From positions 18,416,001 through 18,480,000 of the forward strand of contig NC_045696.1 in assembly GCF_009834535.1 (NCBI RefSeq): a DNA stretch of 64,000 nucleotides, in the 5' to 3' direction. This document shows positions 40,451-54,044 of the stretch, one piece after another. Below the pieces are notes generated by a model that was given only the letters and a program-made list of their open reading frames with translations, did not search any database and was not told the DNA's origin. The stretch's first letter is position 1. Each line of letters starts with the position of its first letter. The position numbers and the translations under genes were made by a program. The stretch is from Camelus ferus. Taxonomy: Eukaryota.

Positions 40451-42246
40451 GCCACGTGGAGACATAGCTGAGGCTTACACCACCATGCATTTTAATCTTT
40501 ATGCATTTTAATTTATAGTTTAATTTTATTAAAAGTAAGACAATCCTCTGGCTGTTTATTAATCCTCAGATGAGCAAACTGAAAGAAAGATGATGGTTAG
40601 TATAGCTTAGTCTCTAAGGGGACACAAAATAAACTAGACTTAATACACAAGGTATTATATAGCATCATGTCAGATCCCCAAAGGCATAGTTCAGATACAG
40701 ATTCTCTAATTCACATAAAGAGAATGGCCTCCCTACCAAAGTGTGTGTTGTTTTACATGGCAAGGGATTAATATTTATTAATCATTTTGCAAAACTCTAT
40801 AGATAATTCAGTACCTAGATCATGATGTATAATACACTTATCTCCAAACGGGAAGAAAACAGGGAAATGAGAATGAGGTGGTTGGATCAATATTTCATTA
40901 TTGTCTTCAACCACATTGAAGAGGTTCAGTCAACTATAGTAGAACTGTGGTTTGCTGACATCTTCCTGGAGTGATCTTCTTTATTATTGTTCACGCTCTA
41001 CTGTAGCATAAAAGAATAACTCTGGGTGAATAGTGAGACAACAATTAAGCACATGGACAATTACTCTGGCTTGTTTTTCCCCACGGAACGTAAGAAATGG
41101 TGAGCAAATCCTAATAGCATCAGAATAATTGTTTACATGGTGAGGGAAATTATTGGACAATGTTAATTGAAAGAACTTATAACAGGAGGAAATTTATTAT
41201 AAGAAAAATATCATAAACTTTATGCAAGCTGATATCTTATAAAATCACAAAATTTTGCTTTGGTTGTTAAAAATGTATAATATTGTTTCAGTTAAACTAT
41301 TTCATGTATGTCTTTATGTTTTAAGTGCTTCTCTGATTCTTCCTTATTACAGAAGTATTCACAATGTCATAGACAAGTTTAAGGTATTAAATAAACCTGT
41401 GCTTATCTAATTAGGCAAATTTCTTAATAAAACTTCAACATGCCACGTGATCACCCCCATTTCTAAGCTATTGTCAGCTCCTGTAACTCTAACGCTCTTC
41501 TCTAAATTTCCATGTTGGTTAATGGAGTGATCCCCATAGCAAATGTTTTCTTTTCCTGTTATTTTCCTCAAAAAAATCCTGTTCACCCTACAAAACAGCT
41601 TAAATGGAATTTTTACTCTTTGAGACTTTGAGGCTATTACAACCTTATTATTACTTTCTGTAACCTCTACTAGAAGTGTCAGTTTAGTCCAGACTACCTA
41701 ACTGATGCAAATTAGACAAGCAATTTGCTGGTGACCAGAGGTTTTTTCTTCTACGAGGATTATAATTTTTGAATTGGGAATAAAACTAGCACACGTAAAC
41801 TGGTTTTTAGCTAAATATTTTAATAAGTAATGTACAGTATGGAATTTTACACAACATGGATACAACAATTATGATCTGGGCAATTATTTGAGTGATAGTA
41901 ATAGAAGCAAAAAGATATATTTGTATCTCAATACCTCAGTCACAACAGTAACAACAAAATGTCTGCAACCTTAAACTCCTTCATCCTTCTTTCTTGTGCT
42001 TATTAAAATATCTCTCATGTACTCATGAAATTAACTTGCTTGGCTTCTTCTTTGCCAGTTTCACTTTCCATTATGTCCCTGGACCTGGTGTCCAAATTTC
42101 AGCCATCCTTATGTTTTAACCATCATTTTCCTGTGGTTGTCTCCTATAACTGATATTAACCATATGGCTGTCTGCTTCTCAATGATGTGAGCCACTTTGC
42201 TGAAGGAGAAAAACAGCATTCACCCCAATCTATGTTACATCATGCC

Positions 42247-42571
42247 TGTCTCAGTTCTTGCAGGCTGCTCTAGCAAAATCCCACAGACTGAGTGGCTATA
42301 AACAGCAAACTTATTTCTCACAGTTTTAGAGTCTGGAAGTCTGAGATGAGGGTGAAGTGAGGGTTCTCTTCTGGATCACAGACTTCTTGTGTCCTCATGT
42401 GGTGGATGGAGCATGGGATCTCATGGAGTCTCTTTGATGAGGCACTAATCATATAAAACTCTCATGACATAAGCACCTCCCAAAGGCTGCACCTACTAAT
42501 ACCATCACTTTTGGGTGGTTAGGATTTCTACATATGAATTTTGGAGAGACATAAATATTGAAACTATAGAA
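42247..42571 (-). mobile_element. MLT1A-like MaLR LTR with 5-bp TSD
   Basis: TSD atgcc at 42242-42246 and 42572-42576; tttatttctcacag-like motif and cacctcccaaaggc. Confidence 0.9.
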
Positions 42572-42634
42572 ATGCCAAAAGTTGGACCTGATTTATTTAC
42601 TCCAAGCTCTGCCACTTATTCACAAGTATTTTTA

Positions 42635-42850
42635 TTAAAGCATAGTGGTTAAAGGTGCGGGCTATGTAGTCAGGCTGTAGAAATTCTTGGCTCTGACACT
42701 TGACTCTCTGAATCACAAGTTCTAACACTTTTAAAGAGTCATGATGATACACTGTTCATTGGGTAGTGAAGGCTATGCAGACCATGTAAATATGGAGATG
42801 AAGTCCTTATATTATTAGTGCTAGATAATCAGCAAGTATTCGATAAAGTG
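42635..42850 (+). mobile_element. MIR
   Basis: agcatagtggttaaagg...tcttggctctgacacttgact. Confidence 0.65.
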
Positions 42851-43689
42851 TGAGTAATGGTACTGCATTGTTATTAATATTGAATAATAATATACATTAT
42901 TTATGCACTTATTGATTATCCTCTAGAAATTAAACAACAGTAAAATGTTCAGATACAAAGAACTGGAGACCTAAAGCAACCATAAATAAGAAAGACCAAG
43001 GGTCTGCTAAGCCCCTTTTTGTAAGAAGAATCAAGAAAGCACCATCAGATATTTAACTCTTACTCTAGTCATGGCTGAATGTAATCTCATATACCTTTGT
43101 TTATAGAGAATCTCTAATAATTCCAAAAGACCAACAAGCATGGTAAAGACAGCATCAGAAGACAAAGGAGTAGAAAAAACCCTCAGTTTATTGGAGAGGT
43201 CTTCAAAATAGTATGTGTGAAAGTGCATGTGTGAGTGTGTGCGCATAACTACAATTAGACCAGCTTTGTGAAACTACATATGTTATGTTTATTTTTCTTT
43301 CTTTTAACCCTAAAAGTTTGGCACCACTGAAAATCATTGAAGTTACTAGATACTAGGAAACACAAACTGCAGATGGAAAATGGGAGACTGAGAAGGGATG
43401 ACAGAATGGAGATGTCCAGAAGAGATGAGTAGCTGTTGTAATCCTAATTAAATTATTAGGATTATGATCCTAATAATTATAATCATTGAATGATTTATTA
43501 CACTTAATCATTTAATTGCATTCATGACAGATCTTCACTATATGTAATAAAGATGCCAACCTGTATGCTAAACATCATTTAAAGTGAGCAAAAAAGTGAC
43601 AATTCTGGTTCATATAACTTTTGAACTGTAATATCCCCTTTTACCACTTCTCCCTCAGATTCTCTGAAGAATATGACTGCAACTCATAT

Positions 43690-44000
43690 GTGTAATTTAG
43701 AAGATATAAAGACAAACCCCTAACCTTGTAAGCTTCTCCACAAAGGTAGAAGGGAAGGAAAGAGACTTTAATACTGAGTAAGCACTAAACCAGAATGTGG
43801 TGTTCATCCCAGGCAAGCTGCTGAGAGGTTGTAAAGTCAGAAAGAAAGCGCACCCTCTTATACAGGCACGCGGATGCATCCTACCCCACACATGGTCTCA
43901 AGATAAATAATAACTAGTCCTCAAGTAAGAGGGCTTGACAGCACCATCAGCCATATGCAGTGTATCCAAAACTCACTAAACATTTGGATATATTTGTGTG
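43690..44000 (-). mobile_element. Old LTR-like fragment
   Basis: tctccacaaaggtagaagggaag...ttcatcccaggcaagctgctgagagg. Confidence 0.35.
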
Positions 44001-44042
44001 TTGGATTTTTTTTATTCAAAGGAAAAAGAAACATATCTTTAT

Positions 44043-44790
44043 TTTTTTTAACATTTTTATTGATTTATAATCATTTTACAATGTTGTGTCAAATTCCAGT
44101 GTAGAGCACGATTTTTCAATTATACATGAACACATATATATTCATTGTCACATTCCTTTCTCTATGAGCTACCGTAAGATCTTGTATATATTTCCCTGTG
44201 CTACCCAGTATAATCTTGTTTATCTATTCTACAATTTTGAAATCCCAGTCTATCTCTTCCCGCCCCCTACCCCCTTGGCAACCACAAGTCTCTATTCTAT
44301 GTCTGTGAGTCTATTTCTGTTCTGTATTTATGCTTTGGTTATTTTTTGTTTGTTTGTTTTTTTAGATTCCACATATGAGCGATCTCATATGGTATTTTTC
44401 TTTCTCTTTCTGGCTTACTTCACTTAGAATGACATTCTTCATGACCAAATGGGGTTCTCCCCAGGGACACAAGGGTGGTTCAACATACGCAAATCAATCA
44501 ATGTAATACATCACATCAATAAGAGAAAGGACAAAAAAAACCACATGATCATCTCAATCGATGCAGAAAAAGCATTTGATAAAATTCAACACACATTTAT
44601 GATAAAAACTCTCACCAAAGTGGGTATATAGGGATCATACCACAACATAATAAGAGCTACATATGACAAACCTACAGCCAGCATAGTACTCAACGGTGAA
44701 ATACTCAAAAGCTTCCCACTAAAATCTGGGACAAGACAAGGACGTCCACTATCACCACCCCTATTCAACATAGTCCTGGAAGTCCTAGCT
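44043..44790 (-). mobile_element. Young L1 with 5' inversion and large internal deletion
   Basis: Perfect TSD atatctttat at 44033-44042 and 44791-44800; 3' end antisense at 44043-44440; RT segment on + at 44441-44790 ([42 protein letters not shown]). Confidence 0.95.
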
Positions 44791-45779
44791 ATATCTTTAT
44801 GATAAGAAGTAGTTTTGCAATGTGAAGTGCCTGCCTAAGTTAGACCCCTACCTGACCCCTACCATCCCACAAAACATAGGAGATTCCTTGAAGAAATTAT
44901 AGAAGCAATAAATAATGATGTTGATTCAATATTTGTGTTTCTAATTTAGTTTTATTTGAAAACATTTTTTTCAGAAACCATGATTGGGACTTAAAGCAAT
45001 GAGCATGTTTAAGCTTTACACAAATTCCTATGCTTTTACGTTATTTGAAGAGATTATTTAATTAAGAGCAGAAAACAGATTAAAAGGCAGCAAATATGTG
45101 TAATAGACTGATGGCTTCAATCGTCACAAACTTACAAAGGAGAAAAAGTCATTGAGAGACTTTTTATAACTAAAAAACATGAGTGGAAAAAGGCACCAAA
45201 AAAAAGTGCTAATGCACAGATTAATTTCTTGGTGAATTTCTGATTGCTCATCTCTTCTCTTACAGTTTTACTATATATATATTTTTTTCTTCCAAAAGTG
45301 TCTTTAATATCTCACAACTCTGTCATACCTCTGTTTATTTTGTTTTAAATGTACCATTTCTTACTGTGGGAAAATAATTTAAATCACTTATATAACACTA
45401 ATATTAATAATCCTTGATAGATAACTTCCTCGTGCCTGAATTTCTACCCTGGTTTCTAAAAGCTTCCTTTAGAATCCATTAGCACCTTTTTTGAACTCCA
45501 GCTCTTCTCTTTTGTGCTTCTTTTCTAATGTATTTTTCCCCTCCCCTTTTCAATCTTCTGCATGTTGTAGTCTTCTGAAACACGTTAATTTTTAAAGCAC
45601 TTTGAAATGCACATAGACATATTCCCTAACCCATCCCCAGTCTCTGCCATCAGCTTTCCGCTTTGTAGCATCATCACGTTTTCAGCTGTTACTAGCATTG
45701 TCTTACAAGTGGCATCAAGGCACGTGACTTACTCTGGTATCTTTTCCTTTCAACAAAATTCTCTTCATTTGACTCTGTA

Positions 45780-46200
45780 ATGCAGGGGCTTTGTCATTCT
45801 TCAATCACCATAGCTGTTCGAAAACTTCAAGCACAATTAATTCTCTTCCCCTCTTGGCCCCTGGAGCTAATCAATCACCAAATTCTAAATTTCATTTTTA
45901 AAAATTATTTTGTATGTAGTTATTCCCTTGTATTATGTACTGCCATCACCTTGCACTGGACACTTCACTTCTATAAACCTTATTTCTCAAATTCGACTCC
46001 CCCCTCCCCATTTCTACTTGTCAGATTTCTGCCATTTTTACCTCCAGATTAACTTTCTTTAAGCATTGCTTTCAGTGTAATAATGAAAACTCAAAACTCT
46101 CGCTAAGGAGTAAAGCCTAATGTCAGTAGTCTGGCCTCTGTGGGCTTATGCAGTGTGGCTTCCCCCACTACTTTCCAAAACTCTCTCCTAAATGTTCTCC
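45780..46200 (+). mobile_element. L2 fragment
   Basis: aatcaccaaattcta, tactgccatcacc, ttcccccactactttcc pattern. Confidence 0.5.
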
Positions 46201-46419
46201 GTATGAATATGCATTGACAAGCTAAATGTGAAATACATGTTTTGTAAGGAATGTTTCCCTCTCAGTATTTTCAATAATTCAATATAATTTCTATTTCAAT
46301 ATTTCAACATTTAATTTATACTCCATCAGAGAGTGGAAACAATCTAAGTTGATTTAGGATTTCCCAAATCTAGCACCTTCCCCAGATGTGGGTGTAATCC
46401 TAGGGAGATAATACATTAC

Positions 46420-47026
46420 TGATGCAGGAAAAACAGATGTGGGGCGTGAGAAGGACTGTATTGCAGGCTTTGGTTGATCCCCTGGGACGTGCCCCGCAAA
46501 GTGTGGGTTCTTGGCTTCACACAGGAAAGAATTCAAGAGCGAGCCACACTTGAGTAAAGGTAGATTTATTCAGATAGGTACATTGGAAGGCAAGAGAAAA
46601 GCCATGAGGTGTGGGGGTTGGGTGCTCAGATTAAAAGTAGGTACACACTCCATGGACAGAATGTGGGCCCTCTCCTGAAGAGGCACAGTGTTGCCAGTTT
46701 TATGCGCTCAGTGGCTTCATATGCTAATAAGTGGAAGGACCAGTCTAACTAGTCTGGGGAAGGGACTGGGATTCCCAGGAAGTTGGCCATTTCCCATTCT
46801 TTGACCTTTTGTGGTTAGCCTTGGGACTGCCATGGTGCCTGTGGGCATGTTATTCACCATGTTAATACATTACAGTGGGCGTATAATGAAGCTCAAGATC
46901 TGCTAGAGGTCAAATCTCCCTCCATCTTGAGCCTCAAGGCCTACTGGGGGTTGAATCTTTCACCATTTTGATGTTAATTGCTGTAGCATTCCTTGAATGG
47001 CTGTGCCCTGCCCCCTCCCTGTCTCA
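46420..47026 (-). mobile_element. Solo ERV1 LTR with 4-bp TSD
   Basis: TG...CA ends; TSD TTAC at 46416-46419 and 47027-47030; ends ccctgtctca like 1656-2117. Confidence 0.9.
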
Positions 47027-49695
47027 TTACCAAGGCAAGATTGCAGGCCTGGGGATGGGTGTAGTACTTGATGGCATCTGTCAACACAGACATTTCTATG
47101 TTCTTGCCTGATTCTTGACTTTTAGCCCATGTTCACTGCTGCTAAGATCGCCCTGGTTTCCATGAACATCACCCATTCTGTCTGATTGTTATCCATGTCC
47201 CATGTTTTGATGCCACCAAATCATCGACTGAGTGCCCTGGCAGGACTGTGAGGATCTCTGAGGCTGGTTTTAAGACCAGCCTGCCTAGACTCCCTGTGCA
47301 ATCTTCTCCCACTGCTTCTTCCTGTATGTGCTCAGGGATCTACCTCTTTTCTCCAGTTCATAAAACTCGTTGGGATATTACTGCTATCATTAAGCCAAGG
47401 TCAAAACAAAAAGACAAGTTCTCTCCATTTTAGATTCAGTAGTAGTCAGAATCTCATGCTTTGCTTTCCTCATTTCCTCCTACCTGAGGAAAGAAAATCT
47501 TTTATTTTTTATTTTTTCCCTAATGGATGAAGGAGAACTCTTAATTAAATCCACTGACAGCAAGGATTTTGATTGATTTTCTTTTTTTCCTTAAATGCCA
47601 CCTGCTCTTGGAGCACAAAGATCTAGGAAGAGATTTCCTTTTATCTCTGCTTCCTTCTCGTGAATTCCTCCTTTGTGACAATGAGCCCAGAACTGACATC
47701 TTCTATGAATAGGGAAGAGAGAAGGTCAAAGAGAGGGAAGCTGAGAAAATAGCAAATCATTTAAACTAGATTCGCAACTTATTTTATTTACACTGACATT
47801 TTAAATAGAGATTTTTTTTTTCTTACCATGAAAGGAAACTTTCCTGGACACAGTGCCTACTGGGAACCTGACTGATTTCTCACTTTCTCACTTTCCCCCT
47901 TCAAAGTTGCCTTTAAATTTTGTGTCTTCTTTATTCTATGAATACTCCAGATAAAAGTGGCCACCTTTTTTCTGGTTTTCTATAATATCACAAGAGAGCT
48001 TAAATAATCTTACCCATTTGCCTTTACATCCTTGGCCTTCTGATACTGCCTCTAGGTGTGCCTGTGTACAGCTAACACGCCTGTATCACATACATCCTGA
48101 ACCCATGGGTGCCGGAAAACAATAGTATTAGCCCACAGATAAAGCAGATACGTAGCTTGTATTAAAATAGGCGTTTTCATCAGAAGGCACAGGTGTCTGT
48201 CCCAGGCATATTCACAGGGGCTTTATTTGTGAATCTTGTTTATAAAATTCATCAAATCTTGTGACTGGAAAATTTCCTCCCCAGTGCTGTGTAGATTCAG
48301 CTACTGTTCATATTTTTCTTATCGCCTGATTTGCTGCTATGTACTTAAGTTGTACCAAGAAAACAATTAAAACAATAAAGGTGGAGCTCATTTCTGAGAG
48401 GATAAATGATTATGAATAAGGATTAACCACTACAGTGGCTCCAGACTTTGCTATTAGACCGTAAAATGACTTAAAATTATGGAGCACTCGTGTTACAGTT
48501 GTTATCAGGGTTAAAATTGTGTTGCCAAGTATATGCTTATTTTCTTTCTTTAATGGGTACAAACTGTGTAGGTTAGGTGGTCAGGAAAAATCTCCACTGC
48601 AGGAAATCTAAATTTAAATCTTTCAAAAGGCATTCCTTTTTAGTCCCTGTAATTAGGCAATTAATTCTACTGGGGTTTATAGACTACATGTAGTGAGGGA
48701 GAGAGAAGTAAAGAAAAGTTGTAAAATCAAATATTTCAATTTTACTTTAAAGGTCACTGAATCATAGGACTTACCTCAGAAGTACTTCACTGGAAATAAA
48801 GAACTCAGGAAACAAATAAGCTGAATAACTCAAATTATACAGTTAGATACTGTAATTAGTATGTAGAAGGTTTTCTCTTCAAAAGTACACTGGTGTGTTT
48901 GAATAAATTATTTGGAACTAATTTGCAAATACTTTGCACCATATCTTATTTATTCTTTATTATTTTCAGAAGCATATATGATATATACAGGATTTGAATT
49001 CTTTTTTACCATGGAAAATAAAGAGATAGAATAATTAAGGATTTTTTTTCTTTTATGACATTGAAATATGTTCTGAAAGTATAAAAAAAGGGTTAAGTTA
49101 AGGACATCACGATCTTGGCTGCAGAATTTGTTTTAACTGCTTAAATACTAACCTTATTCATTGGACATGTATTTATAAAGTTCCTGTACAATTTTATTTC
49201 ATAAAGTAAAATATGATTATTAATTAATTTGCTCTTAGTTTATGATAGGGATAAGAATAAAGTTTTATATTTATAGATGAATGATAACAAGGTTCTTAAA
49301 ATATGTAAAATTTCAGCAAATACAATACCCAATATGTTCCAAGCACAAATAACAATCTTCAATTTGTTCAATCATATGTGTTGAATGTTGTATTTGATAA
49401 TTACATGTGAATCATGTTTTCTCTAAAGAAGCACTACACCTTCCATTCAAACACCCACAACAGACAGATATTTAGTATGTATTAGTCTATATTAGAGCAT
49501 AAGTAAAATCCAAGTACATTTTCATGTGCAGAAAAGAAAGTAACGTCATCAGTAATCAAGACAGTTCATATTCTCTTGTGAACATGTAAAATCAAAGTGA
49601 GAAGCAAGTGCACCCTCCTAAGTAGTTATAGATTTTGAACATAATTACAATCAGTTAAAAATTTTTATTATTGTAAAATCATACTAGGTCTGTAC

Positions 49696-50135
49696 TGTGG
49701 CAGGAGCTGGTACTTATCTGGCAGTATATGTTACCCTCCATTCTCTATCTCTGTAAGTTTCCCATGGGCCCCCCAGACAACTAGCTTACCGTACTTTGCT
49801 CGGCCTTCCATGCAGGTATTGCCACAGATCTAGATTCTGACCTCAGGTGGATTAGAGCAGAAGCAATGTGGACAGCTCAAATGATAGCCTCCAATGGAGA
49901 AAGCGTGCTATTCCCCTCAGCGACTGCAGTGCTGTGGGAGCAAGACACCCATTTGGGACCATGTGTAGAGCAGTGCAGAGCAACGGGAGAGAAAACCTTG
50001 GATCCAGGAACCTGGGAAGTTCTCTTTCCAGTATTGCTTCCAGGACACCTCCTCGAGAGAGAAATAAACTATTCCAGCCATTGTATCCTTCAATATTCTT
50101 TTACAGCTCACTGACGTGCCTGAGCTGATGCATCT
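49696..50135 (+). mobile_element. MLT1-type MaLR LTR, old
   Basis: tgtggcagg start; gagagagaaataaactattc...ttttacagc end. Confidence 0.65.
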
Positions 50136-50399
50136 TTAATGTATTCTTGTTACACCTGAGCAATATAACTATTTTATGTTCATAATGGTAGCTCATAGTA
50201 CCATTTTTTCTTACTAATGTGGGAGACAGAATAGAGTCCATTAAAACTCCAGTGAATCTTCATCCTTGACACACGATTGCATGAATTTAAAGAAACATCC
50301 ATCAAAACTTTGAGATTTCATTATTAATCATTAAATTGGAAAACTAGTTGACCAGCAATGATTGTTAAATTAATAAATAATTAATTGAGTCATATGAAA

Positions 50400-50790
50400 T
50401 TTAATTTTAAAAATAATAAAATCTAATACAATTAATATGGTACTGAACAAAAAAGAAAAAGAAAATAAATGTTAGACATAATAAAAAATTAAGATATCCG
50501 AATATACATTGATATTTAAAATACTTAAATATAGTTATTTGAATCAATAAACAAAATTGGCACAACTGACAATATATATTTAAAAAAAATAAAATTGGAC
50601 ATTCTACTTTATTTTTTATGTGCAACATAAGGAAAAGCCCAAGGAATACATTTGTAATAAAAATATAATCTATAAAGTTGATAAGAAATTGAACATTTCT
50701 ACAGTAAAATAAAAAGAATATAGATGTGTAAATAACAAAAAAAAAAAGAGACAGTTGTTCAACTTGCCTAGTCAGCAAAGCAATATATAT
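50400..50790 (+). mobile_element. Degenerate L1 ORF2 fragment
   Basis: taattaaa-like/atggtactg, aaataaaattggacattcta, gttcaacttgcctagtcagcaaag. Confidence 0.5.
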
Positions 50791-51229
50791 TGTAACTGGA
50801 AAATTAATCTATATTTTCCTTTTTAATCTATATATTCTTTCTTATATTTTAATATGTATATCTATATTCCTAAGCAAAGTTGTATTTTATTTAACCAGAA
50901 AGTATTACTGTATAATGAAACAACGCTCTCTATTTAATTCATCATTTAGTTCCTTTATTCATCAATATCTACTCATAATTTAACTTTACAGACCTCCTAG
51001 CAGACTTTATACAAATAAAACATAACTATACTCAATAAATGATAATTCCCATAACTGTGGTAGAAACTAAGCGCCATACGCATTTTAATTAAAATAATTT
51101 AACTACTGAGGTATATAGAATAAAAATATAGTGTTCATTTATAAGTATATTATAGAAATATAATACTTATTCTCATAGTTTGACTTCAACATAGATCTGA
51201 AATCTGACCATTTCTTAGTAAGATTTCTG

Positions 51230-51730
51230 CTGTCATCTTGACCGAATTCACCATCTTTCACCTGCATTATTACCAAAAACTTACTTGCTACTTCCTAGTT
51301 TATAGCTTCTGTCCCCAGTGGACTTGACCAATTCTGTTTGGATTTCAGGAATTTTTTGTCCTAAGAGTTCCTCTGTATGAAATTCTCTTGCTCTAATGTC
51401 TATAGCTAACTTATCTGCATGATCACTTCTTTAAAGTCTATGTTTATGTTTTCTTTTAGCTTTTCCTTGATCGCCCTTTACAAAACCAAAAATGTCCTTG
51501 CTCCCAATGTTTATAGATCTTACTCTGCTTTATTTTTCTCATAGTCTATATAAAAATATAACATTTATTGGTATATTTTAATTATCTGTCTTCCCCACAC
51601 CCACACTGGCAGAAACATTTTATGTTTTCATCATTTCTGTATCTTGTACACTTAGAACAGGTAGTAAAAATGGTCACTCAATATTTAATAAGTGAAAGAA
51701 GGATGGAAGGAAAGGAAGAAATGAAGGAAA
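51230..51730 (+). mobile_element. L2 3' fragment
   Basis: tctgtcttccccacac...cacttagaacagg..tcactcaatattt followed by a gaa-rich tail. Confidence 0.65.
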
Positions 51731-53305
51731 TAAATGAGAACAAAAGGGAAAAGAAACAAAGGTAAAACAAAAAAAAGCACAAAAATTAGGTTTGAGATTC
51801 AAGAAGATGTATTTATTTGAAATGATATCTAAGTTTACAGTAAACTGGCATTTAAAATATGGCATATAAAAATATCAATTAATGCATTGCCAGGAACACA
51901 AAGTATAGGAATAGATAATGGTGGTATGTTGGATTGAGGCCATAACTTGGACTAGACTATATCTCTATTTTATTCTGATTATGTTTATGCTGTTTTGTTC
52001 ATTGATTAGTTGTTTTGTGTTGGTGTTAGTGCTGGTGGTCAGTACTTCTAAGTACAGAATTCAACATCATTATATGTAGATTCTGTGGCACTGTAAATAG
52101 ATATGTTTGTTGAAGGTTAAAGAATGAATACAATGATTAAGTGAGAAATACTAGCAGAAAAATCAACATAATCAAATAAAATTTGATAAGGGAATACAAT
52201 TACCATGAGGCACAAAATGTACCAATGAAAAAAAGAAAGAAAAAAAGTTAGAACAAGAAAAATAAAACAATGAGGTACTATGAAGGAAAACGAGGGGAAT
52301 TGATTGGGGGAAGCCTTGTCAGTCTTTTCCACGGGGGCATTTTTTCAAATCTGAGCAAAGAGGTTGGCAATAAGAAGAAACTTAAGTGTAAATAAACAAA
52401 AAGAGTAAGTAGGTAGGTTAAAAGCAATAGAACAAAGTATTATAATCCATGATTCATTGTAATTTGAAAGGAAAACAACGTAAATGAAATAATGGTAGGT
52501 AAACATGTTTTCAAGAAGATAAGAAGCAAGGGGGTTGGATTAGCGTAAATCGTTGAAGAATGGTTCTGAAGAATGATGAACAAATCATGCAGGTGTGTTC
52601 AAAGGCTCTAATTTTGTATCTATAGTAATTGACAGACTAGCAGAAGTGACAATATGGAAAATAGGAGGCTTTGTACGGCTCATGATCAAAATTAATTAAT
52701 TAATTATTATTAATATATTGTTAATGCATGAAGAAGCTCATGAATTATTTGTTCTGTAATTGCACATGAAGCAATTTTAAAGTGTTTTTAAGTCACTCCC
52801 TAATGGTTCCAGAGAGACAATTCCTTTGACATCTCCTGGCCAGCAAATAGTGCACTTAGGGGATGGGTACTTCTCAACAGCTGGGCAGGAATCCCTAGGA
52901 CACATGAAGTGTGCTTCAGAAGGGAAATGTACCTGTCATGTCATAGATTTTCAATGCAACAAGGATGCACACAACTTTAATAAAATGGTGATTGAGGTGA
53001 ATGGCAATGTAGTAAGGTAGTCCTCTACATTTAAGGCTTCCAGGGACCAGCTACTTCTCCCCTGTAGTACAGACACATCCAAGGCCTGCAGGCCTCAGCT
53101 GCTTTTTCTTCTTTGGGTTTTAGGAAAAGTGGACTTGTGTTACAGCCTTTTGCAACCTAAAATGTTCTGATGTATTATGTTCATGCTATTCTTAGAAATT
53201 CTTAATCTGTAGCTAAAACTAAGTTAAATTTTAAAATATTGTTTCATTTTCTTTAGTCAATTCTGGCTTTTAAAATGACTGCTTTCTTCCAATAACTCAT
53301 TTTTA

Positions 53306-53464
53306 TTTTATTTTATTATTTTTAGAACTCTTTGGGGGGTAATTGAGTTTATTTATTTATTTATTCTTTTTAACATTTTTTAAATGGTGATACTGGGGAT
53401 TTAACCCAGGATCTCATGCATGCTAAGCATGCAGTCTATCACTGAGCTCTGTCCTCCCCTCTCC
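53306..53464 (-). mobile_element. tRNA-derived SINE (camelid Vic-type)
   Basis: Antisense head gtgatactggggatttaacccagg..catgcatgctaagcatgcagtctatcactgagct; TSD ataact(c/t)attttta. Confidence 0.9.
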
Positions 53465-53889
53465 ATAACTTATTTTTAAAAATAATCTTGTCTAGAGCAT
53501 TCTTGTCATCTCAAGATTATTACCTTTATCATCTAGAATGAATATTTTCCTTATTTTTTTCAACAAAGATGAGCAATAGGAAATGTGGAATAGTTGGAGG
53601 AGAAATTTGAGGCAGTCAATAAAATAGAGAGATGGCTTTGATTTTTTTTCAGTTAAATATATAAGGTGATATCAAAGACCGGGAATATAAAGAAGAGGAG
53701 TATGTAGGCTAGTGAACTGTGAGACTGGGGAAGATGATGGAGTTCTGAAGAAAAGATGGACGGAAGGATTGACATTTAGCAAGGAAAGCCCAACAGAGTG
53801 CAAGGTGTGTGTCATTCTACACCACACAAGCAACATGATCTGCTAAACTTGAGGAAGGCTAGAAAGAATCTCAAACGATAGTGACAGAA

Positions 53890-54044
53890 GTTGAGGGGTT
53901 ATAGTTCAAGTGGTAGAGTACATGGTTAGCATGCATGAGGTCCTGGGTTCAATCCCCAGTACTTCCTCCAAGAATAAATAAATAAATAAATATAATTACC
54001 TCTCCTCCACCAAAAAAAACAAAAACAAAAACAAAGCAAAAAAT
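53890..54044 (+). mobile_element. tRNA-derived SINE (camelid Vic-type)
   Basis: A/B boxes tagttcaagtggtagag..gggttcaatcccc and (aaat)n tail; TSD tagtgacagaa at 53879-53889 and 54045-54055. Confidence 0.92.

Noticed and set aside
44086..44771. ORFs including an RT-like peptide
   Set aside because: A short frameshifted L1 ORF2 fragment and antisense 3' UTR; not a novel RT system.
1656..47026. Possible giant provirus between two similar LTRs
   Set aside because: Each LTR has its own TSD, they are diverged, and they lie 45 kb apart.
53890..53965. tRNA-like sequence
   Set aside because: SINE head with AT-rich tail and TSD, not a tRNA gene.
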